A stretch of DNA of 56,592 nt from Gammaproteobacteria bacterium (GCA_036526155.1 DATCZB010000147.1:1-56592); one strand, 5' to 3'. Positions 9,719 to 21,159 are shown, numbered from the stretch's first letter. Numbers and translations are program-made. Notes: a model not told the origin generated them from the letters alone.

Positions 9719-11587
9719 ATGGAGATGTCAGGCATTCGCAGGCTGGCGGTGCTGCCGCTCGGGCTGCTGGCCGCCTGCGGTGGTGCAGGCACTGACGGCC
9801 CCGCGGAACCGCCAGCCCCGCCCGCAGCCGCCCAGCCGGCACCGAGTCAGCCCGAGAGGCCTTTCGTCGAGGTCACGGAAGTCTCCAACATTGCGTACCA
9901 GGTGGGTTACACGCAGCCTTCGCTGATTGGCAGAGATCTCAGCAGTGCGCTCGTCTGGCAGCTGACGACGATGACGATCGGCGGTGCGGCAGCCGGCGAC
10001 TGCGACAACGATGGCGACATCGATTTGTTCATCACTTACGGCAACACCGGCGGGCCCGACGGGGGCGGCGGACCGAATCGCCTGTATCTGAACCAGCTGG
10101 CGGAACAAGGCAATGGCTTGTTGTTCGAAGACGCCGCCGAGGCCGCGGGGGTCGCGAACACGCGCGCCGACGGCAGGGGCAACGATCGCCACAGCGGGCC
10201 GGCCTTTGCCGACATGGATGGTGACGGCGATCTCGATCTGTTTGTCGGCGGTATTTACGACGACCCGAACAAGATCTATGAGAATCGCGGCGGATGTCTC
10301 TTCAGTGACGTCACGTCGAACTCGCCGGACATCGAGAACATGCTTGCCTCGGCTACGGTCTCGGCCGGTTTTGGCGACTACGATCTCGACGGCGATCTCG
10401 ACATGTTTCTCACGCACTGGGGCACGGCCGACGTCCTGTACGGTGACCCGCGGACACTTCAGACCGATCATCTGTGGAGGAACGAGTCCGACGAATCAGG
10501 CATTCGCTATGTAAACGTCAGCGAAGAAACCGGGATTTCCGAACTGGCATGGCTCACCCGTCCCTACCTGTTCTGCGGTCTGCGCTTTTGCAGCGACGGC
10601 GTGGGTCAGACTCAGATCGCGGACTTTACATTCACGGCGACGTTCGCCCGCATCAACAATGACCTCTGGCCTGACATCGCCATCGCGGCAGATTTCGGAA
10701 CGACCCAGCTTGCCATCAATAACGGCGACGGGACCTTTCGCAACTTCGAGAATCGCGTTCTGCGCGAAGTCCAGTTCGGTATGGGTTCGGCGCTCGGCGA
10801 CATCGATAACGACGGTGATCTCGACTGGTTCGTGACCAGCATCCTCGGGCCGGGCAACGAATATTTCACACCCCACGGGAATCGACTCTTCGTGAACGAA
10901 GGAGGCTCCGCCGGGCTAATCGACGAGACCCAAAGGCTCGGCGTCGCCGATGGGTCTTTCGGCTGGGGCACCTGCTTCCTCGATATCGACAACGATTCCG
11001 ATCTCGACATCTATCACACCAACGGCTACCCGGGCTCGTTTATTTCCGATTTCGACGAATTCGATACCGATGCCAGCAGGGTCTTCGTTATGGATGAGGC
11101 AGGCACATACACTGACGAGGCTGAGGCACTGGGACTCGCGGCGCGCACGTCGGGTCGCGGAATCGTCTGTGCCGATTTCGACAACGACGGCGACACCGAC
11201 ATTCTCGAGCTCACCGATGCGCCGGGGAATTCCGCCAGGTTGTGGGAAAACCGGTCGGCAGCAGCCGGCGGTAACTTCTTGCGGCTCAAGCTCGAAGGGC
11301 TGCCGCCGAACACGGAGGCAGCCGGCGCCCGGATATTCGTGCAGGTCGGGGACAAGAGGCAGATGCGCGAAATCGTAATTGGCGGGAACTTCACGTCGCA
11401 GAATCCGACGGTTCAGATATTCGGGCTCGGCGCCGCATCCAGCGTGGACGAGATTCTCGTGGAGTGGCCGGCAATAGATGCCGGCGACGGACCGGAACGG
11501 CTCGGCACGCGAATAAACGGACCCATCGCGGCCGGTCGGCCGGGCGAGACGCTCGTGCTCAGGCACCCGGAGTTGCCGCCGCCCTGA
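9719..11587 (+). CDS. CRTAC1-family lipoprotein (FG-GAP/VCBS repeats plus C-terminal ASPIC/UnbV domain), paralog A
   Basis: Lipobox LLAAC followed by a Pro/Ala linker. Six DxDxDGDxD Ca-loop-like repeats (DCDNDGDIDLF, DMDGDGDLDLF, DYDLDGDLDMF, DIDNDGDLDWF, DIDNDSDLDIY, DFDNDGDTDIL). UnbV/ASPIC-like tail NFLRLKLEG...AAGARIFVQVGD.RQMREI..G.N..SQNP.VQIFGLG. Confidence 0.8.
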   Translation: MEMSGIRRLAVLPLGLLAACGGAGTDGPAEPPAPPAAAQPAPSQPERPFVEVTEVSNIAYQVGYTQPSLIGRDLSSALVWQLTTMTIGGAAAGDCDNDGDIDLFITYGNTGGPDGGGGPNRLYLNQLAEQGNGLLFEDAAEAAGVANTRADGRGNDRHSGPAFADMDGDGDLDLFVGGIYDDPNKIYENRGGCLFSDVTSNSPDIENMLASATVSAGFGDYDLDGDLDMFLTHWGTADVLYGDPRTLQTDHLWRNESDESGIRYVNVSEETGISELAWLTRPYLFCGLRFCSDGVGQTQIADFTFTATFARINNDLWPDIAIAADFGTTQLAINNGDGTFRNFENRVLREVQFGMGSALGDIDNDGDLDWFVTSILGPGNEYFTPHGNRLFVNEGGSAGLIDETQRLGVADGSFGWGTCFLDIDNDSDLDIYHTNGYPGSFISDFDEFDTDASRVFVMDEAGTYTDEAEALGLAARTSGRGIVCADFDNDGDTDILELTDAPGNSARLWENRSAAAGGNFLRLKLEGLPPNTEAAGARIFVQVGDKRQMREIVIGGNFTSQNPTVQIFGLGAASSVDEILVEWPAIDAGDGPERLGTRINGPIAAGRPGETLVLRHPELPPP

Positions 11588-11662
11588 GGCTCGGAAACTC
11601 TTGCTTTCGTCGATGCAGCCTACGGGGAAGGCATCCTGCCGCTCGTTGAGTAGAATGAGCGC

Positions 11663-13507
11663 ATGACGAAATCAGCCGTCAGAAAGCTGGTCGGGTTGGT
11701 TCCATTCGCTCTCATCGCTGCTTGCGATGCAGGCTCTGGCAACGGCGCGCCCGCGTCAGCGCCCGAAGCGGCAGGTCCGGCACCGGCCCCGTCGCCGACG
11801 GCCGAGCCCGGCGCACCGTTCGTCAACGTGGCCGACGCCGCGAATATCAGCTTTCGGGTCGGGTACACCAGGCCCTATCTCTTCCGGGGCCAGCGCGCCG
11901 CGTCTGAAGCGTCTTTCGGTGGCGTTGCAGCCGGCGACTGCGACAGCGACGGCGACATCGATCTCTTCATCACTTACGGCAATACCGGCGGTCCCGATGA
12001 TGGCGGTGGGGCCAACCGGCTGTATCTGAATCAGCTCGCGGAGCAGGACAACGGTCTTCTGTTCGAAGACATTGCGGAGAGCGCCGGCGTCGCGAACACG
12101 CGCGCGGACGGAAAAGGCAACGATCGCCACAGCGGTCCCGCATTCGCCGACATGGATGGCGACGGCGACCTCGACCTGTTTCTCGGCGGCATTCACGGCG
12201 ACCCGAGCAAGATTTACGAGAACCGAGGCGGCTGCCTGTTCGCCGACGTCACCGCAAATTCGCCGGAGATCGAAGCGCTGCGCGCGACGCATACGCTCTC
12301 GGCCGGTTTCGGCGACTACGATCTCGACGGCGACCTGGATATGTTTCTGACGCACTGGGGAACCAGCGATACGGTCTATGTCGGCGATGATTTGCGGTAC
12401 GGCGAGAGCGAGCACCTGTGGCGCAACGATTCGGACGCCTCGGGGATCCGCTTCGTCAATGTCAGCGAGGAAGCCGGAATTTCCGACCTGACCTGGGGGA
12501 CCCGCGCCAGGAATTTCTATATCTGGCCGCAGGATGCGGATTTCACTTTCACGGCGACCTTCGCCCGAATCGATAACGATCTTTGGCCAGACATTGCGAT
12601 CGCGGCGGATTTCGGGACCACCCAGGTCGCCATCAACAATGGAGACGGCACTTTCGCAAGCCTCGACAATCCGGGCCTGTTCGACGCCCAGTTTGGCATG
12701 GGTTCGGCACTCGGCGACTACGACAACGATGGCGATCTCGACTGGTTCGTGACCAGCATCATGGGGCCGGGCGACCCCGAGATCGGCCTCGCTCCCTGGG
12801 GCAACCGCCTGTTCGTGAACGACGGCAGCCCGACGCTGTTTGCCGATGAGACGGATCGACTCGGTGTGGCGGATGGCTCGTGGGGTTGGGCCGCCTGCCT
12901 CGCCGATATCGATAACGACTCCGATCTCGATATCTATCATACGAATGGCTGGTCCGAGCCCTACCTCGGGCACCAGGTCTGGCAGACGCCTGCATCCAGA
13001 GCTTTCGTGCTCGGTGAGGACGGGACCTACACGGAAGCCGCAGCGGCGCTCGGGTTAGCCGAAAACGTCTCCAGCCGCGGTCTCGTCTGCGCCGACTTCG
13101 ACCACGACGGTGACACGGATCTCTTCGAGGTGACTGGTGCCGCGGGCAACTCGGCGCGGCTCTGGGAGAATCGGACCGCCGCCGCGGACAACAACTTTCT
13201 GCGCGTAAAGCTCAACGGCTTGCCGCCCAACACCGAGGCCGCGGGCGCGCGAATCTTCGTGCAGGCAGGTGACACGCGGCAGATGCGTGAGATCATGGTC
13301 GGCAGCAATTACGCGTCACAGAATCCGACCGTGCAGCTGTTCGGGCTCGGTGCGGCTGCAGCGGCTGATGAAATTCTCATCGAATGGCCGCCGCTGGACA
13401 CGGCCGAAGGGCCGGTGCGCCTCGGCACGCTGATCAACGGGCCGATCGCCGCAGGCGGGCCTGGACAGACTCTCGTGATATCGCATCCTGAGTTGCCCCC
13501 GCCCTGA
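11663..13507 (+). CDS. CRTAC1-family lipoprotein (FG-GAP/VCBS repeats plus ASPIC/UnbV domain), paralog B
   Basis: Lipobox LIAAC. Collinear with paralog A and identical at most aligned positions by eye. Both proteins end in HPELPPP. Confidence 0.8.
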   Translation: MTKSAVRKLVGLVPFALIAACDAGSGNGAPASAPEAAGPAPAPSPTAEPGAPFVNVADAANISFRVGYTRPYLFRGQRAASEASFGGVAAGDCDSDGDIDLFITYGNTGGPDDGGGANRLYLNQLAEQDNGLLFEDIAESAGVANTRADGKGNDRHSGPAFADMDGDGDLDLFLGGIHGDPSKIYENRGGCLFADVTANSPEIEALRATHTLSAGFGDYDLDGDLDMFLTHWGTSDTVYVGDDLRYGESEHLWRNDSDASGIRFVNVSEEAGISDLTWGTRARNFYIWPQDADFTFTATFARIDNDLWPDIAIAADFGTTQVAINNGDGTFASLDNPGLFDAQFGMGSALGDYDNDGDLDWFVTSIMGPGDPEIGLAPWGNRLFVNDGSPTLFADETDRLGVADGSWGWAACLADIDNDSDLDIYHTNGWSEPYLGHQVWQTPASRAFVLGEDGTYTEAAAALGLAENVSSRGLVCADFDHDGDTDLFEVTGAAGNSARLWENRTAAADNNFLRVKLNGLPPNTEAAGARIFVQAGDTRQMREIMVGSNYASQNPTVQLFGLGAAAAADEILIEWPPLDTAEGPVRLGTLINGPIAAGGPGQTLVISHPELPPP

Positions 13508-13549
13508 GTGTCGTATCGAAGGGAGGCGACGAGAGAGAAAGCATCTGTA

Positions 13550-15568
13550 ATGAAGAGCAATAAAACGAAAGTTGCACTGACGATGACCGCGGCGCTGGCC
13601 GCTGCGGGTTGCGGTGTCGCGGAGCGCGACCTGCCGCCTCTGACTCTGGACGATCGCGAGGTCTCCGTCGCGCAAGTCTGGAACGAGGTGCTGCTGGAGG
13701 GCATTCGCAACGACTTCGCGCGGCCGACCGTGCATGCGCGCAATCTCTGGCACAGCTCTGCCGCAATGTATGACGCCTGGGCGGCGTATGACGACACGGC
13801 CTCGACCTGGCTGCTCGGAAAGTCCCAGGCCGGTTACGATTGCAGCTATACGCCGCCGGATTTTCCGCGCGACGTGCAGCTCGCGCGCGAGGAGGCAATC
13901 AGCTTCGCCGCCTATCGCATCGTCAGGCACCGATTCCGAGATTCCCCCGGCGCAGATTTCGTCGCCGAGCTCGCCGACGAGACCATGGCGGAGCTCGGCT
14001 ATGACGTTACCGACACGAGCACGGCGTATGCGCGCGGCGCCGCGGCGGCGCTCGGCAATCACATCGCCGAGTGCTATATCGGGTACGGCCTGCAGGACGG
14101 ATCGAACGAGGCAAACCGGTATGCGCCGCTGGTCTATGCGCCGTTCAATCCGCCGATCGAGCCCGAGTTGCCGGGCAATCCCAACATCATCGACCTCGAC
14201 CGCTGGCAGCAGATCACGCTGACGCTGTCGATCGATCAGTCCGGCAACATCGTCGAGGGCACGCCGGACTTCGTCGGCCCGGAGTGGGGCAACGTCCACC
14301 CGTTCTCGCTGACGGCCGAGCAGCGCTCGACCTGTCCGCGCTCGGATTTCGACCTGCCCGTCTATCACGATCCCGGGCCACCGCCGAGCCACGCCGGTCC
14401 GCTGGCCGACAATTACAAGTGGTCGCATTCGCTCGTTTCCGTCTGGTCGAGCCATCTGGATCCGGACCGGGGCCGCGGCGCCGAGCTGATCGACATCTCG
14501 CCGGCGAGCATCGGCAATATCCGGAGCTACCCGACGACCTTCGAGGGGCAGCGGGGCTTCTACGATCTGCTGCTCGGTGGAACTCCCGAGACCGGATACC
14601 CCGTCAATCCGGCCACGGGGCAGCCCTACGAGCCGCAGCTCGTGCCGCTCGCCGACTATGCGCGCGTCATCGCCGAATTCTGGGCCGATGGGCCGGATTC
14701 GGAGACGCCACCGGGGCACTGGTTCGTGATCGTCAACGAGATCAACAGGCATCCGGATCTCGTCAAGCGATTCGAGGGGGAGGGGCCTGAGCTCGGCACA
14801 CTCGAGTGGGACGTGAAGATCTACTTCGCGCTCGGCGGCGCGATGCACGATGCGGCAATCTCGGCCTGGAGCGCGAAGGGATGCTACGACTACGTGCGGC
14901 CGGTCTCTTCGATCCGCGCGATGGCGGCGCTCGGTCAGAGCACAGACCCGGGCGACGCCGACTGTCCCTATGATCCGAACGGCATCCCGTACATTGACGA
15001 TCCCGACGATCCTGCGGGGGACGGCAGCGGACGGCTGATCGATTGCGTACGTCCCGGCGATCCGCTGGCGGACGATCCGAATGTGCCCGGCGTCGACGCG
15101 CGGAATGTCGGCAAGATCAAGCTCTATGCATGGCGAGGACCGGCTTATATCAGCAACGCGGTCTTCGACTATGCCGGCGTCGGCTGGGTTCTGGCCGAGG
15201 ACTGGTGGCCGTACCAGCGCCCGACGTTCGTCACCCCGCCATTTGCCGGTTACATCTCCGGCCATTCGACCTATTCGCGCACGGCGGCGGAGCTCCTGAC
15301 GCTGTTCACTGGCGATCCGTACTTCCCCGGCGGCAAGAGCGAGTTTCCCGCGGAGCAGAACGAGTTTCTGGTCTTCGAGGAAGGGCCGAGCGTCGGCCTG
15401 ACGCTCGAATGGGCCACCTATGTCGACGCGTCGGACCAATGCAGCCTGTCGCGGATCTGGGGCGGGATTCACCCGCCGGCCGACGATATTCCGGGCCGAA
15501 GAATCGGGATGGTGCTCGGTCCCGCGGCATTTACGCACGCGCGCGGGTACTTCAACGGGCAGAACTAG
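13550..15568 (+). CDS. PAP2-superfamily / vanadium-dependent haloperoxidase-like lipoprotein
   Basis: Lipobox LAAAGC. All three PAP2/V-haloperoxidase motifs are present: K-x6-RP (KGCYDYVRP), SGH (GYISGHSTYS) and SR-x5-H-x3-D (SRIWGGIHPPAD). A large N-terminal domain precedes them. The ORF opens at 13508; I chose the ATG at 13550. Confidence 0.75.
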   Translation: MKSNKTKVALTMTAALAAAGCGVAERDLPPLTLDDREVSVAQVWNEVLLEGIRNDFARPTVHARNLWHSSAAMYDAWAAYDDTASTWLLGKSQAGYDCSYTPPDFPRDVQLAREEAISFAAYRIVRHRFRDSPGADFVAELADETMAELGYDVTDTSTAYARGAAAALGNHIAECYIGYGLQDGSNEANRYAPLVYAPFNPPIEPELPGNPNIIDLDRWQQITLTLSIDQSGNIVEGTPDFVGPEWGNVHPFSLTAEQRSTCPRSDFDLPVYHDPGPPPSHAGPLADNYKWSHSLVSVWSSHLDPDRGRGAELIDISPASIGNIRSYPTTFEGQRGFYDLLLGGTPETGYPVNPATGQPYEPQLVPLADYARVIAEFWADGPDSETPPGHWFVIVNEINRHPDLVKRFEGEGPELGTLEWDVKIYFALGGAMHDAAISAWSAKGCYDYVRPVSSIRAMAALGQSTDPGDADCPYDPNGIPYIDDPDDPAGDGSGRLIDCVRPGDPLADDPNVPGVDARNVGKIKLYAWRGPAYISNAVFDYAGVGWVLAEDWWPYQRPTFVTPPFAGYISGHSTYSRTAAELLTLFTGDPYFPGGKSEFPAEQNEFLVFEEGPSVGLTLEWATYVDASDQCSLSRIWGGIHPPADDIPGRRIGMVLGPAAFTHARGYFNGQN

Positions 15569-15581
15569 ACGAGCTATACAG

Positions 15582-15668
15582 TGGTGCCGGGAGAGAGACT
15601 CGAACTCTCACGGGTTTAACCCCACCGGATTTTGAGTCCGGCGCGTCTACCAATTCCGCCACCCCGGC
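15582..15668 (-). tRNA. tRNA-Leu (anticodon CAA)
   Basis: The reverse complement reads GCCGGGGTGGCGGAATTGGTAGACGCGCCGGACTCAAAATCCGGTGGGGTTAAACCCGTGAGAGTTCGAGTCTCTCTCCCGGCACCA. It has a 7-bp acceptor stem, the anticodon stem CCGGA/TCCGG with loop CTCAAAA, a long variable arm, the T-arm GAGAG-TTCGAGT-CTCTC and an encoded CCA. Confidence 0.92.
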
Positions 15669-15731
15669 GCGGAACCGAAGTTTGCCAAAACTTCAGGCCC
15701 CCCGCTCGGGTTTCGTACAATCCGCCGTCCC

Positions 15732-17875
<2,144 letters not shown>

Positions 17876-17939
17876 CCTTGTGTAATAATACGCGGCCAAT
17901 TTGAAAGCGCCGCCCGGGGCGGCTGCCGCAGGAAGCCAA

Positions 17940-18275
17940 ATGGATTCAATGCTCGATTTCTTTATTGCGCCCGCCTATGCGCAGGCGGCGGAGCCGCAGA
18001 GCCCGCTGCTGACGTTTCTGCCTCTGATCGCGATTTTTGCAATCTTCTACTTTCTGATCATTCGGCCGCAGAACAAGAAGCAGAAGGAGCACCGGGAAAT
18101 GGTCGCCGCGCTCGGAACCGGCGACGAGGTCGTGACCTCGGGCGGCGTGCTCGGCAAGGTCACCGCGGTCAGCGAGCAGTTTCTCGATGTCGAGATCGCC
18201 GCCAACGTGACGGTGAAGGTCGAGCGCTACACGGTCTCGAAAGTGCTGCCCAAGGGCACGCTCAAGAGCGCCTGA
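17940..18275 (+). CDS. yajC: preprotein translocase subunit YajC
   Basis: 111 aa with a single TM helix, IRPQ.KK.KEH..M...L..GDEVVT.GG..GKV. Sits in the tgt-yajC-secDF synteny block. Confidence 0.9.
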   Translation: MDSMLDFFIAPAYAQAAEPQSPLLTFLPLIAIFAIFYFLIIRPQNKKQKEHREMVAALGTGDEVVTSGGVLGKVTAVSEQFLDVEIAANVTVKVERYTVSKVLPKGTLKSA

Positions 18276-18295
18276 GCTCAAACGGGTCGCGGACA

Positions 18296-20191
18296 ATGAA
18301 TCGGTATCCGAACTGGGTCAACTGGCTGGTACTGATCGTCATCGTCGGCGGCTGCCTCGTCGCCCTGCCCAACGTCTATGGTGACGATCCGGCGGTGCAT
18401 ATCGCGAGGAACGACGGCCAGCCGGTCACCGGAGCGCTGCTCGATCAGCTCGAGAATTCGCTCGATCAGGCGAACATTGTTCACACGCGCAGCGAGATCG
18501 ACGATGACGCCGCGATTATCCGCTTTGCCGATGTCGAGAATCAGCTGCTCGCCAACGATTTTCTCAGCGACTCGCTGACTCTCTACCGTGTCGCGCTGAC
18601 GCTCGCGCCGCGCGTGCCGCCCTGGCTCGCCTGGCTGGGTCTGGAGCCCATGAACCTGGGCCTCGATTTGCGCGGCGGTGTGCAGTTCCTGTTCCAGGTC
18701 GATCTGGCCGGCGCGATCAACACGTTCCTCGAGAATTACGAGACCACGCTCAGGACGGAGTTTCGCCAGGCGAATATCCGCACCGACATCGAGATCGTCG
18801 ACAACTATCTCAACGTGACGATGATCGACGGCGATATCGATATCGCCGAGCAGATCATCGAGGCGCTCGACTCCCCGCAGGTGCTCGTGACGACACCGCG
18901 CCTCCTCATCGATCGCAGGGAGGTGAACGGGCGTACGGTCTTCCGCGTCGAGCCGACCGAAGTGCTCCTGACCGAGCGTCGCGATTTCGCCATCCAGCAG
19001 AACGTCGTGATTCTCAGGAATCGCGTCAATCAGCTTGGTGTCGCCGAGCCCGTCGTCCAGCGCCAGGGTCTCGACCGCATCCTCGTCGAGCTGCCGGGTG
19101 TCCAGGATCCGGCTCAGGCCAAGGTCGTCCTCGGCGGCACGGCTACGCTCGAATACCGTCCGACCGACGAGCAGAATGATCCGTTCGATGCCGAGCGCCG
19201 CGGCCGGGCGCCGCTCGGCTCGGAGTTGCTTTTCGATCAGACCGGGCAGCCGGTTCTCGTTCGGCGCGAGATCATCGTGACCGGCAACCAGGTCATCGAT
19301 GCAACGCCCGGCTTCGACCAGAATCGGGCGCCGGCCGTGAGTATCAGACTAGATGGCCCCGGCGGGGACCGCATGCTCGAGTTCACGCGCAACAATGTCG
19401 GCAACCGCATGGCGGTCGTTTTTATTGAGGAGCGCCTCGAAGTCACCGAGCGCGACGGTGAGGAAATCATCGAGCGCAGCACGGATCGGACGGTCATCAG
19501 CAACGCCGTGATTCAGGGGGTCTTTTCGAATCAGTTTCAGACGACCGGTCTGACGACTTTCGAGGCTCAGGAGCTCGCGCTGCAGCTGCGTGCCGGCGCG
19601 TTGGCGGCACCCATTGTTCTCGTCGACGAAAGCACGATCGGTCCGAGTCTCGGCGCCGACAACATCGATAAGGGCCGGCTTGCGATTGCCGCCGGGTTCC
19701 TCCTCGTGATTCTGTTCATGGCGGCGTATTACCGGTTCTTCGGCCTGGTCGCCAATCTCGCTCTGATCGCGAACCTCGTGCTGATCATCGCCGCGCTTTC
19801 ATTGCTGCCGACGGCGCTGACGCTGCCCGGCATCGCCGGCATCGTGCTGACGGTCGGCATGGCCGTCGACGCCAACGTGCTGATCTTCGAGCGCATCCGC
19901 GAGGAGCTGCGCAACGGCAACTCGCCCCAGGCGAGCATCAAGGGCGGTTACGAAAAGGCGTTCTCGACGATTGCCGACGCGAACATCACCACGCTGATCG
20001 CGGCGCTCGTGCTGTTCGCCTACGGCACGGGCCCGATCAAGGGCTTCGCCGTCACGCTGTCGATCGGCATCCTGACTTCCATGTTCACCGCGATCGTCGG
20101 CACGCGTGTCGTCGTCAATCTTTTCTATGGCTCGCGCAAGAATCTCGCCGGCCTTTCGATCGGCACCAGGGTCAAAGATGCAGCTGTTTGA
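18296..20191 (+). CDS. secD: protein translocase subunit SecD
   Basis: 631 aa with a large periplasmic domain and a C-terminal 6-TM bundle (GIAGIVLTVGMAVDANVLIFERIREE). Confidence 0.95.
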   Translation: MNRYPNWVNWLVLIVIVGGCLVALPNVYGDDPAVHIARNDGQPVTGALLDQLENSLDQANIVHTRSEIDDDAAIIRFADVENQLLANDFLSDSLTLYRVALTLAPRVPPWLAWLGLEPMNLGLDLRGGVQFLFQVDLAGAINTFLENYETTLRTEFRQANIRTDIEIVDNYLNVTMIDGDIDIAEQIIEALDSPQVLVTTPRLLIDRREVNGRTVFRVEPTEVLLTERRDFAIQQNVVILRNRVNQLGVAEPVVQRQGLDRILVELPGVQDPAQAKVVLGGTATLEYRPTDEQNDPFDAERRGRAPLGSELLFDQTGQPVLVRREIIVTGNQVIDATPGFDQNRAPAVSIRLDGPGGDRMLEFTRNNVGNRMAVVFIEERLEVTERDGEEIIERSTDRTVISNAVIQGVFSNQFQTTGLTTFEAQELALQLRAGALAAPIVLVDESTIGPSLGADNIDKGRLAIAAGFLLVILFMAAYYRFFGLVANLALIANLVLIIAALSLLPTALTLPGIAGIVLTVGMAVDANVLIFERIREELRNGNSPQASIKGGYEKAFSTIADANITTLIAALVLFAYGTGPIKGFAVTLSIGILTSMFTAIVGTRVVVNLFYGSRKNLAGLSIGTRVKDAAV

Positions 20192-21143
20192 CCGCGTTCC
20201 GAGCATCAATTTCATGGGGCCGCGCCGGCTGGCGCTGGCCGTATCGATCGTCGCCATCATCGTTTCGATCGCGTCTCTGGCAACCCGCGGGCTCGAGCTC
20301 GGGCTCGATTTCACGGGCGGCATCCTGATCGTCGTTCGCTACGACCAGCCGGCCGATCTCGAGGGCATCCGAGGGCTGCTCGAGACCAGCGGCTACGAAG
20401 GCGCGGTGGTGCAGAATTTCGGCACGGCGACGGACGTCCAGATTCGTTTGCCTCCAGCCGAGGCCGCGACCGCCGCGGTTGCCGACGACGACGATTCCGT
20501 CGAGGACGCAGCCGATTTCGCCGCGGAGGTTATCGCCACACTGAGGTCGGCAGCGCCGGACGTCGAGCGCTTGCGGGCCGACAACGTCAGCGCGCAGATC
20601 GGCGAGGAGCTCGTCGATAACGGTGGCCTGGCGTTGCTGTTCGTCCTGATCATGGTCTTTTTCTACATCGTGCTCCGGTTTCGCTGGAAGTTCGCGGCGG
20701 GCGCGAATGCCGCGCTCGTGCACGACGTCCTGATCACCTTCGGGTTCTTCTCGATCGTCGGGCTCGAGTTCAATCAATCCGTGCTGGCGGCGATTCTCGC
20801 GGTCATCGGCTATTCGCTGAATGACACGATCGTGGTCTACGACCGGATTCGCGAAAACTTCAGGATGATGCGCAGGGGCACGGCGGAAGCGATCATCAAC
20901 ACGTCGATCAATCAGACGCTGTCGCGAACGATCATCACGGGGGTCACGACGCTGCTCGTGCTCATCGCCCTGCTGGTGCTCGGTGGCGAAGCTGTCAAGG
21001 GCTTTGCCATTGCCCTGATCGTCGGCATCGTCGTCGGCACCTATTCGTCGATCTATGTCGCAAGCGCCGCCGCGCTGTTCCTCGACGTCTCGCCGATGGA
21101 TCTCATGCCGCCGAAGCGCGAAGAAATCGACGATATGCCCTGA
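20178..21143 (+). CDS. secF: protein translocase subunit SecF
   Basis: Starts MQLFDRVPSINFMG and contains YSLNDTIVVYDRIREN. The ATG at 20178 overlaps the end of secD by 14 nt. The 20106 ORF start is an artefactual extension. Confidence 0.93.
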   Translation: MQLFDRVPSINFMGPRRLALAVSIVAIIVSIASLATRGLELGLDFTGGILIVVRYDQPADLEGIRGLLETSGYEGAVVQNFGTATDVQIRLPPAEAATAAVADDDDSVEDAADFAAEVIATLRSAAPDVERLRADNVSAQIGEELVDNGGLALLFVLIMVFFYIVLRFRWKFAAGANAALVHDVLITFGFFSIVGLEFNQSVLAAILAVIGYSLNDTIVVYDRIRENFRMMRRGTAEAIINTSINQTLSRTIITGVTTLLVLIALLVLGGEAVKGFAIALIVGIVVGTYSSIYVASAAALFLDVSPMDLMPPKREEIDDMP

Positions 21144-21159
21144 CAAAAAGGGGTCAGAC

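Noticed and set aside
11756-12973. 405-aa minus-strand ORF. Similar cases are 9728..10471, 20172..21431, 22740..23801, 38731..39831 and 53980..55176.
   Set aside because: All of these are antisense to genes with strong family signatures. Their composition is typical of GC-rich shadow frames.
13316-15538. 740-aa ORF on the minus strand, the longest ORF in this region.
   Set aside because: It is antisense to the haloperoxidase-like gene, which has clear motifs. Its translation is Arg/Pro/Gly/Asp-rich with no recognisable domain. This is a typical shadow ORF of GC-rich DNA.
9174-15668. Possible genomic island integrated at the 3' end of tRNA-Leu(CAA), carrying the MarR/CRTAC1/haloperoxidase cluster.
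   Set aside because: There is no integrase and no mobility gene. I could find no direct repeat of the tRNA 3' end near 9.2-9.7 kb. Composition and codon bias look the same as in the flanking core genes.
17876-17939. GC hairpin GCCGCC-CGG-GGCGGC between tgt and yajC as a terminator.
   Set aside because: No U-tract follows it, and the genes form a conserved operon. It is more likely an mRNA structural element or a chance palindrome.
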